A model generated the notes under the pieces. The model made no database searches. It was given only the letters and a program-made list of their open reading frames with translations, and had not been told where the DNA came from. The position numbers were made by a program, and so were the translations under genes. Shown here piece after piece: positions 20,138 through 29,877 of a stretch of 64,000 nucleotides of DNA. The stretch is from Spirochaetia bacterium (GTDB taxonomy: Bacteria; Spirochaetota; Spirochaetia; DSM-2461): positions 2,784,001 through 2,848,000 of the forward strand of contig CAXXIA010000002.1 of assembly GCA_963666985.2 (NCBI GenBank). The letters are read 5' to 3'. Position 1 is the stretch's first letter. Each line of letters opens with the position of its first letter.

Positions 20138-20610
20138 ATCGAATACTGATAGCCTATTACTCATGGGGCGGAAAAACGGAAACGGTCGCGAAAACACTTC
20201 ATGCTAAGACCGGCGGCGATTTATTCCGAATTGAAAGCGTTAAGCCTTATCCCTCCGGGTATTCGGAAACAACACGAGTGGCGAAACAGGAGCTGAGGGA
20301 GAATGCCCGGCCGGAACTCACCGAATTCGTTGCGGACATTGACCGATACGATACTTTGTTTCTCGGATATCCCAATTGGTGGGGGACGATTCCGATGATC
20401 GTGTCATCATTTCTTGAAGCACATGATCTGAAAGGGAAAATCATTTGTCCGTTCTGTACTCATGGCGGCGGGGGAATAGGTCGGAGCGAAGCCGATATTC
20501 AAAAACTCTGCCCGGGAGCTCAAATCCTAAAAGGTCTTTCTTTATCAGGTCATCAAACAGATGCGGCAAGCGGTGATGTGGATAGCTGGCTTCGGTCCTT
20601 AAATCTTTAG
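20134..20610 (+). CDS. Flavodoxin
   Basis: YYSWGGKT, GYPNWWG, FCTHGGGG. Confidence 0.92.
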   Translation: MNRILIAYYSWGGKTETVAKTLHAKTGGDLFRIESVKPYPSGYSETTRVAKQELRENARPELTEFVADIDRYDTLFLGYPNWWGTIPMIVSSFLEAHDLKGKIICPFCTHGGGGIGRSEADIQKLCPGAQILKGLSLSGHQTDAASGDVDSWLRSLNL

Positions 20611-20625
20611 GAGAAAGAACGGCAT

Positions 20626-20650
20626 AGGAACTCCTTTTAGGGGAGTTCCT
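20626..20650. terminator. Hairpin terminator between convergent genes
   Basis: AGGAACTCC-N7-GGAGTTCCT. Confidence 0.65.
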
Positions 20651-20703
20651 TACGACTTGTATCGGCACGGAATACCTAAATCCCTGAAGGTTTATCCGCA
20701 GTT

Positions 20704-21468
20704 TCATTCTCGGGATTTGAGGGATTTTCGATCGATGAAAATCTTTTCGACGTCTTCATCAAGATTTCGGCTGTTTCGAAGCAGTCCGACACAGATCTTG
20801 ACAATGGATTCCTCGAAGAGAACCAGACTCAGGTACATCAGGAATATGGTGACGGCCAAGATGAACCAGATTTCATAAATAGCTGATTTTCCGAAGAATA
20901 CCAGACTTAGGATACAGCCTCCCAATATGGCCGACATCCATCCGATGACGGAACCGCGGAGACGGGGATTCTCCCGTGTAATGAAAAGAAGGAATGGGAC
21001 CAGCCCAAGGATGAGGAACGCCGCATAAAACATGGCGGTCAAAACATGAAGGAGCCACCACATGGGCATCAGGTCGCGGAGCGCCGGGATAATGGCGGTG
21101 ACGACAAGCGCAATCGACGCGTACACCATCAGACTGTAAGACCGTTTTCGTCTGAAATTCTCGAGTTTAAAAAGAACGACGCATGCCGTCTGTATCGAGA
21201 ATCCCGCAATAATGGACCAGATAATGAAATATTCCCGGTAAGCAAAGAGGTTGCCGATATTGCTCAGCGTGTATTGGAATGGATTTTCCAGGGTGCCGTA
21301 AATCGTCGTTGAGATAAGAGAGGCTAAGAGCAGGCTCATGACATTGTTTCTGGCCCGGCGCTGCCTGTAAAGGTCGGTAACCAGAGACTCTTGCTCAATC
21401 GATGTTGAATTCTTTGCCGCGGGGGTGCTTTTTTCGGTCTCTTTCCAGTTTTTTTTCTTCCCGCCCAT
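20704..21468 (-). CDS. Hypothetical integral membrane protein (~6 TM)
   Basis: Multiple hydrophobic segments; GGAGG RBS. Confidence 0.75.
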   Translation of the reverse strand: MGGKKKNWKETEKSTPAAKNSTSIEQESLVTDLYRQRRARNNVMSLLLASLISTTIYGTLENPFQYTLSNIGNLFAYREYFIIWSIIAGFSIQTACVVLFKLENFRRKRSYSLMVYASIALVVTAIIPALRDLMPMWWLLHVLTAMFYAAFLILGLVPFLLFITRENPRLRGSVIGWMSAILGGCILSLVFFGKSAIYEIWFILAVTIFLMYLSLVLFEESIVKICVGLLRNSRNLDEDVEKIFIDRKSLKSRE

Positions 21469-21614
21469 GCAAGCCTCCGAAAAGAATCCAAATACGCACT
21501 GGATTTTTATGAAATCAATGTACGGACAGGGAATGATACACCTATTCCGCTAAGGATGGTGTGTGCTTATACGGAATCGATAATCAAAAAAAATCCTATA
21601 GGTCTTGATGTTTT

Positions 21615-21639
21615 GTTCTTTATAGGTAATATAAAGAAC
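21615..21639. promoter_or_regulatory. Palindromic operator upstream of the HTH gene
   Basis: GTTCTTTATA-N5-TATAAAGAAC, with further AATATAAAG-like half sites to 21666. Confidence 0.55.
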
Positions 21640-21683
21640 CGTAAGGTAATAATAAGGAATATAAAGTATTCTCTGGAGGAACT

Positions 21684-22142
21684 ATGGGCGCAAAATTGTA
21701 TTCCGTTGAAGAGTTGGAACCGATACTCGGACTCCATGTGAAAACCATTCAGCGGTTTCTTCGTGAAGGAAAGATTAAGGGGAGAAAAATAGGGCGGTCT
21801 TGGATGGTCAGTTCCGAAGATCTCAAGGAATATGCGCATGCCGAGCTGGCAGGTCAAGAATCGCTTCAGAGTCGGGATGTTGCATATTGGAATGGCCGAA
21901 GTGAAGAACGGATTCGAGTTTCTGCGGTTGTTGAACTGCATGAAAAAGATTCTGAAGAGGCATCGAGGATTACGAACAGCATGATTGCGGCGTTGAGTCA
22001 AAAGGATCCCTCCTGGGGACCTAGCGATTTTCGTGTCGCACAATATCCCGAAAGCGGTACGGCAAGATTCATATTCACAGGATCACCTGTTTTTATTACG
22101 GCGGTTATGAAGATGTTTGAATTCATTGGTGAGGAGAACTGA
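21684..22142 (+). CDS. Excisionase-like (HTH_17) DNA-binding protein with C-terminal domain
   Basis: LYSVEEL..ILGLHVKTIQRFLREGKIKGRKIGRSWMV; GGAGG RBS. Confidence 0.85.
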   Translation: MGAKLYSVEELEPILGLHVKTIQRFLREGKIKGRKIGRSWMVSSEDLKEYAHAELAGQESLQSRDVAYWNGRSEERIRVSAVVELHEKDSEEASRITNSMIAALSQKDPSWGPSDFRVAQYPESGTARFIFTGSPVFITAVMKMFEFIGEEN

Positions 22143-22144
22143 CA

Positions 22145-22984
22145 ATGGAGATATACAAGAATAATACAATCGGAGAGGAGATACGGAACCTTATTAGGGA
22201 AAACTACCGGGAGAGTCCGATTGAGGTTGAGACAATATGGATTGATTCCGAAGAGTTCGGCCGCACACATGTAATGGCTGCCGGCAATCCCGCCGGTGAT
22301 CCGATTGTTCTTCTTCACGGTTCGTCCGGGAACAGCACGGCTTGGTTCGGTGCCCTCGCTGAAATCGGCAGGGATTACAGGGTTTTTATGGTGGATATTC
22401 CAGGTCAACCCGGGCTGAGCAGTACGGAACGTCCGGAATTGAATGCCGAAACGTTGAGCGGATGGCTTGGAGAAGTGATAACCGAATTACATCTCAATCG
22501 CTTCGGTCTGGCCGGAATGTCAATCGGAGCCTGGCTTGCACTTGCCTTTACAATTAGGAACCCGGCTCTCATCAGCGGACTGGCACTCGTGTCTCCAAGC
22601 GGTATCAGACCGCCCAGAGTCGGATTCATATTCAGGGTACTTCCCCTTACATTCATGGGAAGATATGGTCAGGAGAAACTTTTTAAAATGATTCATGGGC
22701 CTGTGCCCGTATATCCGAAAATGCTTGAATTTGCCCAAATCATTTCAAACGGTTATAAACCTATGACCGAAGTCCCTGCTGTGTTAGAAGATGATGAACT
22801 GTCCGGTATTGATACTCCGATGATCTTCATCGGCGGAGCGAAGGATATTATGCTGGATATGCCGGGTTCGGCCGAGCGTCTTAAAAAACTGGTACCGCAT
22901 TGCAGGATTATTCTTCGGCAGGAATACAGTCATGTCTTGCCGAATGAAGGTTCTGTAATCTCGGATTTCTTTCATTCGATTTGA
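22145..22984 (+). CDS. Alpha/beta fold hydrolase
   Basis: LLHG, DIPGQPGLS, GMSIG elbow, C-terminal Asp/His. Confidence 0.9.
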   Translation: MEIYKNNTIGEEIRNLIRENYRESPIEVETIWIDSEEFGRTHVMAAGNPAGDPIVLLHGSSGNSTAWFGALAEIGRDYRVFMVDIPGQPGLSSTERPELNAETLSGWLGEVITELHLNRFGLAGMSIGAWLALAFTIRNPALISGLALVSPSGIRPPRVGFIFRVLPLTFMGRYGQEKLFKMIHGPVPVYPKMLEFAQIISNGYKPMTEVPAVLEDDELSGIDTPMIFIGGAKDIMLDMPGSAERLKKLVPHCRIILRQEYSHVLPNEGSVISDFFHSI

Positions 22985-23000
22985 GGCGGAGGCGGCTGTC

Positions 23001-23885
23001 TTGATGATTGACGATATAACACGATTAATCCGGACACAGGTGCATATGAACAGGGATGCCAATCTGCTGTATCGGCACTGTCCGGATAATATGTTGATCC
23101 ATAGCAATCTTGCGAGCCGGCTGAAACGGAGTGCCTTGTTCTCCGATGATGGTCTGCGGCGGCTGGTTGCATTCGCTTCGCGCCAGACCGTGGATGTACT
23201 GTATCGGCATAACCAGTTCCTTCAAATTTCTTCCGAGCTCCGGGGGACTTTGACTCAGATCTATATGGAAACTCTGGAGCAGGCCCTGAACGGCTGCAGC
23301 GGTTATGATGTGATTAGGCGTCATCAGTTTGAACTTTCAAACTGGGTGCGGGATTTGTATCCCAGGCGGTATATCGATGTTCTCGAAGATCATACGGTCA
23401 TCGGCTCGGCGCATTGCGCCGAGTATTCGCCGGCTATGATTGAAAAGATCTACCGAATCGACCTGTACGATCTGAAAGAACCAATTCTGGATATCGGCTG
23501 CGGAACTCAACAGCAATTGGTTGCCGGGCTTCAGAAACTTGGGAAATATGTATATGGGTTTGACCGATGCATCGGCGGACCATCGGACTCCGCAGGGACC
23601 GGTGACTGGCTGACATTTCGATTTGAACCTGAAACGTGGTCTTCAATCATCGCCAATATGAGTTTTTCCAACCATTTCATTCATCATCTTGCGGAGAAAA
23701 CCCGTTTTATCTCCCGATATCAGTCTGCATATACCGCCATCTGCAAATCATTGAAAATCGGAGGAACGTTCTACTATTCACCGTCATTGCCGGCGGATAT
23801 TGAATCGTTAAGGCCCGACGGATTCCATATTTCCAGGCATGAAAGCTTCGGAGTCTCCGTATCCGTTGTTACTCGTTCGGCATAA
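23001..23885 (+). CDS. Class I SAM-methyltransferase-like protein
   Basis: ILDIGCG, YGFDR, SLKIGGTFYY. Confidence 0.7.
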   Translation: MMIDDITRLIRTQVHMNRDANLLYRHCPDNMLIHSNLASRLKRSALFSDDGLRRLVAFASRQTVDVLYRHNQFLQISSELRGTLTQIYMETLEQALNGCSGYDVIRRHQFELSNWVRDLYPRRYIDVLEDHTVIGSAHCAEYSPAMIEKIYRIDLYDLKEPILDIGCGTQQQLVAGLQKLGKYVYGFDRCIGGPSDSAGTGDWLTFRFEPETWSSIIANMSFSNHFIHHLAEKTRFISRYQSAYTAICKSLKIGGTFYYSPSLPADIESLRPDGFHISRHESFGVSVSVVTRSA

Positions 23886-23942
23886 CAGTCGGTTTGATTC
23901 CGAATCGAAGGCATATTCAGCCAATAAAAAAGGATTGATCAA

Positions 23943-24707
23943 GTGAAAAGTAATCCCTATATGGGACCCGCCCCGAGAATAATGGCATCGAATCTGCCGA
24001 TGATCGCATTGTGCCTGGTTCCTACCGTACTGAAAAACCCCTGGGTCAATTTCAATGCAATTCCGGCCGCCGTACGCCTCATGGCGGCTGTCGGCTTAAT
24101 GGCTTTAGGATTGAGTCTGGTACTGTATTCGGGATTGCAGGTTGTTAAAGGTGTCAATGAGAAGAGACTGATCACCGGCGGTCCCTTTAAGCTGGTTAGA
24201 AATCCCATGTATTCGGCCTATATCTTTCTGATTATACCCGGTTTGTCGCTATTGATAAATTCATGGATTTTTTTGACGGTCGGTCTTACCTTGTACTGGG
24301 CCGCCCTCCATTATATTCGGGAGGAATCCCGAATCCTGGAGCGGATCTTTTCAACTCAATGGGAGATGTATTCCGAAAAAGTACCGGCTTTTCTCCCTTG
24401 GAACAGTTCTCTCTTCAAGATTTTCGGAAACATCATCGGGATTTTGTGCCGGCTGTTCTTGGTAATCTTCACGGCTGCCGGTGTCTTTAAGGTTCTTGTT
24501 CCCTTGGACGGAGCCGTGTCTCTGCCCGGATTTATAAAAACTCCGAATGAATCACTCATCTCTTCGGTCATTGTATTTTCATACGTTCTGCTGTTGACCG
24601 GATTAGGACGTCTGCTTGTAAAAAGCGGAAGAACTTTAAAATCGCTGTTCTTTGCAGTTTCGGCGCTGATTGTATTTTCTCTTTACTTCATTCCCGAGGT
24701 TGTTTGA
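23943..24707 (+). CDS. Isoprenylcysteine carboxyl methyltransferase/PEMT family membrane protein
   Basis: LITGGPFKLVRNPMY, IREE...Y..KVPAFLP. Confidence 0.85.
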   Translation: MKSNPYMGPAPRIMASNLPMIALCLVPTVLKNPWVNFNAIPAAVRLMAAVGLMALGLSLVLYSGLQVVKGVNEKRLITGGPFKLVRNPMYSAYIFLIIPGLSLLINSWIFLTVGLTLYWAALHYIREESRILERIFSTQWEMYSEKVPAFLPWNSSLFKIFGNIIGILCRLFLVIFTAAGVFKVLVPLDGAVSLPGFIKTPNESLISSVIVFSYVLLLTGLGRLLVKSGRTLKSLFFAVSALIVFSLYFIPEVV

Positions 24708-24879
24708 GAACTAAGATTCATGAAAATGCCGCCGTTCAAATCAATCGGCAGGCAGCTTATTAAGAATTCGGGAGCTGCCGCCGGGATTCGGATGAGTTTG
24801 AATATTACTCGGCGACCGGCAGCTTGTATCTCTTCGAATTGGCGGGTCTGCAGTCGATATTGGGGCTTGTTTTATTCGG

Positions 24880-25659
24880 TTATAAGATTTCAGCGGATTT
24901 GCGCGCCAGATTATGGCAAAATTCCTGTTCCAAATGGCCGGAATGTCCCTTAATCCATTTGAACTCAATCAGCTTGTCCTCACTCAGTCCGAACAGCTGC
25001 CGCCAGTGTTCTTCAAACCTGACTTGACGCCCGTAGGCTGTCTGCCAGTCATTGTGTTTCCAGAAATGCATCCATTGAACCATTCCCCTGATGACAAATC
25101 GGCTGTCCGTATTTACCTGTATCTCGTTTATGGACCGCAACCGATTTAATCCTTCAAGAACAGCCAAGAGTTCCATCAGATTGCTTCCGCCGCTTGAGAA
25201 GGTCCGGCTGAAAATGTCATGCCCGCCATCGGAGTACTTGATGATTCCTCCGTATCCCGATTTCATCGAATCAGGTGTAAATGACCCATCTGTGAATATT
25301 TTAATGAGTCCCTCGGATTCTTCCGTAGAGCTTGAAATCCTTAAACCGCGGCGGCGGCGATCCATCCTGATGAAATTGTTAAAATCCTTTTCGGTTAAGA
25401 AATTAAATCCGTCAAGAAACACACATCTGATTTTTTGTCCGACGGTTAATTTCCCGCTAATAGCTGATCTGATAATTTTTTCAAACTGAAATTGATATTG
25501 ATTCAAGATTTCAGAAAGATGCTTTTCTTCCCGGAACTTAAGTTTTTTCTGTTCGGGATAATAATAAAAGCGGACTTCTTCCAAATGATTATCCGCGTGA
25601 CAGCCGATGCACCGCGCAGTGACTGATTCGATTGTCAGTAATAATTTTTCTACCCGCAA
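24880..25659 (-). CDS. rnhA: Ribonuclease HI with ~115-aa N-terminal extension
   Basis: IFTDGS, NLMELLA, NTDSRFV, WKHNDW, WIKGHSGH. Confidence 0.85.
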   Translation of the reverse strand: MRVEKLLLTIESVTARCIGCHADNHLEEVRFYYYPEQKKLKFREEKHLSEILNQYQFQFEKIIRSAISGKLTVGQKIRCVFLDGFNFLTEKDFNNFIRMDRRRRGLRISSSTEESEGLIKIFTDGSFTPDSMKSGYGGIIKYSDGGHDIFSRTFSSGGSNLMELLAVLEGLNRLRSINEIQVNTDSRFVIRGMVQWMHFWKHNDWQTAYGRQVRFEEHWRQLFGLSEDKLIEFKWIKGHSGHLEQEFCHNLARKSAEIL

Positions 25660-25864
25660 TGTGTTTCCGTCCGATTTCTTTTTCGAATCCTTGAAGATCT
25701 CATTAGATTATATTTCAATCGGCACCGATTAACGGAGTACAGAGGCCGGATAACGATTCTGACGGTTTGAAATCGATATTTCGTCTGTAGTTGTTTTCCT
25801 CGGCCGCAATTCTCCGAAGCCCTCTTGCGCGGAAATCGGCGCTCGCCTAGATTCAATCTGAATT

Positions 25865-27394
25865 ATGGGTTACAGAGAAATTGAAATCACCCTTCCTACC
25901 GACTATTCCGAAGCCGATCTGTCGGCGGCGGTTGCCCGTAACGTGAAGGGCGGGTCGTTCACCATCATCCGCAAGAGCCTGGATGCCCGGGAGAAACGCC
26001 GGATTGTTTGGCTTCTTCGGGTGGGAGTTTCTTCCGACAAGATTCGCGGCGGGAATCCGCCTATGAACGGCGATGTTTTGGCGATTCCGCGCCGGAGCCG
26101 GGATCGGCGGGCCCTGGTGGTGGGATGCGGCCCCGCGGGATATTTCGCGGCGTCGGTTCTTCTCCGCGCCGGATTCGATACCACCATCATCGAGCGCGGC
26201 TTGGATGTTCCGCGGCGCGCGGAGTCCATTGCCGATTTCGAACGAACCGGCAGGTTCCATCCGACGGGTAACTACGCCTTCGGTGAAGGAGGCGCCGGCA
26301 CCTTCTCGGACGGCAAGCTTACCTCACGGAGTAAGCGCATCGGCGACGAACGCCGGTACGTTCTCTCGTCGTATGTTGAAGCCGGGGCTCCTTCCGAAAT
26401 CATGTATCTCGCTCATCCCCACCTGGGATCCGACAACCTTAAAACCATCGTCGTTAATCTCAGGCGGCGCTTTCAGAATGACGGGGGTAAGGTCCTTTTT
26501 GAAACACCGCTCATCGACTTGAAGGTTCGCGGAGGCCGCATCGAGGCCGCCGATACCGGCGCCGGGCGGATGGATGCCGATCTCTTTATTCTGGCTCTCG
26601 GGCATTCCGCTTTCGATACGCACCGCATGCTCATGCGCCGCGGAGTCGCCTACACGCCGAAGAATTTTGCGCTGGGATGCCGGGTGGAACATCCCCAAGC
26701 CCTGATCAATTCCGCTCAATGGGGTGTCGAATCGCTGCCGGGTCTGAAGGCCGCCGAATACAGACTGACTTCCCGGGGCGACGGCCGACGGCCGGTCTAT
26801 ACTTTTTGTATGTGTCCGGGTGGTAAAGTCGTTCCCGCCGCCGCGTTTGCGGAGACGAACATCGTTAACGGTATGAGTGATTATCGGCGGGACTCTCCCT
26901 TGGCCAATGCGGCCTGTGTGGCCGGCATTACCCCGCGGGATATAGCGGACGAGGCTCGGGCGGATGCCGTTCTGGACTGGCTTGAGGATCTTGAACTCCG
27001 GTTTAAACAGATCCCCGGTGATTTTCGCGCTCCGGCCTGTGCCATAAGCGACTTCATGTCCGGACGACTTCACAGCGCACTGCCGGCCACGAGTTACCCC
27101 TTGGGTCTGTTGGATTGGCCGCTCTGGGAGATTCTTCCTCCCGGAGTCGCCGATGCGCTGAGGAAAGGTTTGAATGATTTCTCACGATCCGTACGGGGAT
27201 TTGAAACCGGACTGATTCTCGGCCTGGAGAGTAAAACATCTTCGCCCGTCCGTGTGGTTCGGGATGAATCGGGACGCTGCGCGGGCTTTGAAAATCTCTG
27301 GTCCGTGGGGGAGGGCGCCGGTTATTCAGGAGGCATCATCTCCAGCGCGGCGGAGGGAATCCGAGCGGCCATGAAGATTTCAGCGGAGTTCTGA
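25865..27394 (+). CDS. FAD-dependent oxidoreductase (uncharacterised dehydrogenase family)
   Basis: VVGCGPAG, FGEGGAGTFSDGKL, TFCMCPGG, GEGAGYSGGI. Confidence 0.92.
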   Translation: MGYREIEITLPTDYSEADLSAAVARNVKGGSFTIIRKSLDAREKRRIVWLLRVGVSSDKIRGGNPPMNGDVLAIPRRSRDRRALVVGCGPAGYFAASVLLRAGFDTTIIERGLDVPRRAESIADFERTGRFHPTGNYAFGEGGAGTFSDGKLTSRSKRIGDERRYVLSSYVEAGAPSEIMYLAHPHLGSDNLKTIVVNLRRRFQNDGGKVLFETPLIDLKVRGGRIEAADTGAGRMDADLFILALGHSAFDTHRMLMRRGVAYTPKNFALGCRVEHPQALINSAQWGVESLPGLKAAEYRLTSRGDGRRPVYTFCMCPGGKVVPAAAFAETNIVNGMSDYRRDSPLANAACVAGITPRDIADEARADAVLDWLEDLELRFKQIPGDFRAPACAISDFMSGRLHSALPATSYPLGLLDWPLWEILPPGVADALRKGLNDFSRSVRGFETGLILGLESKTSSPVRVVRDESGRCAGFENLWSVGEGAGYSGGIISSAAEGIRAAMKISAEF

Positions 27395-27501
27395 TTTTTG
27401 AACTTTTCCGGCGCCGTACTCATTGGGGGTGAATATCCGCTTTTAACATGTGGTTGTCTTTCACATCCTCATGTTAATCTGAACTCGTCCTTTCTGGAGA
27501 G

Positions 27502-28251
27502 ATGGATATGGATCAGAAACAGGTTTCCGAATTCCCGAATGAAGTCATCCAAGAACTCAAGTATTATGTCTATCGCCTAATCGATCCTCGGAATGGAGAA
27601 ACCTTTTATGTCGGAAAGGGGAAAGGCAACCGTGTCTTTCAACATATGAGAGGTGTATTGGAAATTGGAGATTCCGATGATGTGACCGATAAGCTCCAGA
27701 CCATCAGAGGAATCCATGCCGCCGGATTGGACGTGATTCATGTAATCCACCGGCATGGAATGGATGAAAAAACGGCTCTCGAAGTTGAAGCATCACTCAT
27801 CGATGCGTATCCAGGGGCAACTAATATCATGGGCGGATCAGGCAGCAATGATTATGGTCCCATGAATGCATTGGAGATTATGAACAGATATGCCGCTGAA
27901 GAAGCTGTCTTTAAGCATAAGGTTCTTATGATCACCATCAACAAGACTGCTTCTGAGCGGAGTATATATGATGCCACCCGGTACGCCTGGAAGATAAGCA
28001 AAACCAAAGCAGCTCAGGTTGAGTATGTTCTCGCTGTTGTTCAAGGCCTCATTGTTGGAGTGTTTAAACCTTTTGAATGGAAGGAAGCTGATGTGGAAAA
28101 CTTTCCGGAATTCGGAATCAATAGACCAGGCCGTATCGGATTTGTAGGTGCAGAAGCTGAAGATTCAATCCGTGAACAATATTTAAGAAAGCGTGTACCC
28201 GACCGCTTTAGGAAAAGAGGTGCCGCGAATCCTATCAAGTACGGCTTTTAG
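27502..28251 (+). CDS. LEM-3-like GIY-YIG domain protein
   Basis: YYVYRLIDPRNGETFYVGKGKGNRVFQH...EVEASLID...N. Confidence 0.85.
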   Translation: MDMDQKQVSEFPNEVIQELKYYVYRLIDPRNGETFYVGKGKGNRVFQHMRGVLEIGDSDDVTDKLQTIRGIHAAGLDVIHVIHRHGMDEKTALEVEASLIDAYPGATNIMGGSGSNDYGPMNALEIMNRYAAEEAVFKHKVLMITINKTASERSIYDATRYAWKISKTKAAQVEYVLAVVQGLIVGVFKPFEWKEADVENFPEFGINRPGRIGFVGAEAEDSIREQYLRKRVPDRFRKRGAANPIKYGF

Positions 28252-28449
28252 GATGCGGCACCTCATATGTGTCATCATAAAATATACTTCGTGCCATGAT
28301 TCTCGAAGATATTTATAATGCTTTCTTCAGTGAATTGTTTCTTTACAGGCTTCTTCATTAATCATTTTCTATCAATAAGTAAAGAAGCCTTTAGTCTCTA
28401 TAATTTGGTAGGGGCCTCTGACCCGCCACCTGAAATTACATCACTTGCG

Positions 28450-28977
28450 TCATGAATCCAGCATCAGGGTTTCCTGATTGATGTCGGCAAAGGTCTCGAT
28501 GACCATGGTGGTGGCCTGCTGGATTAGGTCCGTCTGCTCATCGGAGTTGAGATTCTCCGGACACGCCACGATCTTATAGACCGGTGATGTTTTTTGGATT
28601 GGTCCGCCGTCGAAAACAACGCTCCTGTCCACGGCCATGTCTTCCGCCAGCTGGGTGCCTTCTTTCGTTATGGCTTCGGGCACGTCACGGCGGATGCCGA
28701 TACTGGTGTAATCGACTTTTCTTTCTCCCTCCACGAGCGGGCCGATGCTGATGAGTGAACCGGAATAGGTAAGAGCCAGCACTCCGTGTTCATCATAGGT
28801 TTGAAAAGATTCAATTTCGTCCATTCCTATATTGGCCATTTCCCGGTTGAAGGCTTCTTCTTTTTCCAGCCATCCGGCTTTCAGCCGGTCCATAGTTTCA
28901 TCATTATTTTCCAAACCGAATGTCGTGATGACCGATTCCAGATGGTTCTGAATCTGCCGGGGAATCACAGTAGTCAT
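28450..28977 (-). CDS. Hypothetical acidic protein
   Basis: 175-aa ORF with AAGGAG RBS. Confidence 0.7.
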   Translation of the reverse strand: MTTVIPRQIQNHLESVITTFGLENNDETMDRLKAGWLEKEEAFNREMANIGMDEIESFQTYDEHGVLALTYSGSLISIGPLVEGERKVDYTSIGIRRDVPEAITKEGTQLAEDMAVDRSVVFDGGPIQKTSPVYKIVACPENLNSDEQTDLIQQATTMVIETFADINQETLMLDS

Positions 28978-29060
28978 ATCTCACTCCTTAATAATTGATG
29001 TGTTACCAAAATAGCGCTCCATCCGATGGTCAGGTATATGCCGTTTGGTATAATTGGAGG

Positions 29061-29645
29061 GTGGACAGTAAAAGTGGTGAAAACAGGTGGTTTCTTAAAG
29101 GATTGCTGAAGGACAACTCCCCCTGGGTTATTCCCCTCGATAAGCCGGTTTTTACTATAGGACGGCTGGAAAGCAATAACCTGATTATCAGTTCAAGCGC
29201 CGTATCCCGGAAACATGCCCGCATCACTTTGGAAGCCGATGGTCTGTACATCACCGATTTGGAAAGCAAGAACGGAATCAGAATCAACGGATTCGATTGT
29301 CGCGGGAAAAATCGGATTCGGGAAGGGGATCTTATCAGGATCGGTGACAGTGAGTTTTCCCTGATCCGGCAAGGACCGCTTCGGGAGACTACTCAAAAAA
29401 CTTTGGCAAGGGAAAGCGATAAAACCCTTTGTTCTTTTTCCGAGACGTACGGCCTCTCCGAAAGAGAATCCGAAATTCTTTTTTATCTGATTAAGGGACT
29501 GAACCTGAAATTCATCGGGGAGAGCCTGTTCATATCCGCCGGTACGGTTAAGAACCATGTCTTGAAGATTTACCGGAAAACAGGCTGTCATTCACGGATA
29601 GAGTTGGCGTCGAAATACGCCGAGTCGGAGATGGTTCGGAATTAA
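29061..29645 (+). CDS. FHA domain + LuxR-type HTH regulator
   Basis: FHA IGR...VSRKHA...SKNG; LSERESEIL...GTVKNHVLKIYRK; GTG start inferred. Confidence 0.88.
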   Translation: MDSKSGENRWFLKGLLKDNSPWVIPLDKPVFTIGRLESNNLIISSSAVSRKHARITLEADGLYITDLESKNGIRINGFDCRGKNRIREGDLIRIGDSEFSLIRQGPLRETTQKTLARESDKTLCSFSETYGLSERESEILFYLIKGLNLKFIGESLFISAGTVKNHVLKIYRKTGCHSRIELASKYAESEMVRN

Positions 29646-29659
29646 TCGGGATTTTTTCC

Positions 29660-29688
29660 GGCGTCGATATCGGCGTCAGTGATTTACC
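29660..29688 (+). repeat. 29-bp dispersed direct repeat, copy 1
   Basis: GGCGTCGATATCGGCGTCAGTGATTTACC; 25/29 identical to 34451-34479. Confidence 0.75.
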
Positions 29689-29877
29689 TGCCGACATCAC
29701 CTTTTCAAAGCAGTGCTTGAAATCGGGGCAGATGTAAAAAGCGTGCATCACGCGCCGCGGCGTCTTTCGTTTAGGGCCGGCGACCGCGATCGCGGCCATC
29801 GGGCATCCCGACCGTGCCTTCGGCCCGGTTATGGCGCCGTGTTCACTTCTGACTTCCGCGGTGGTATCCTTGCCGTT

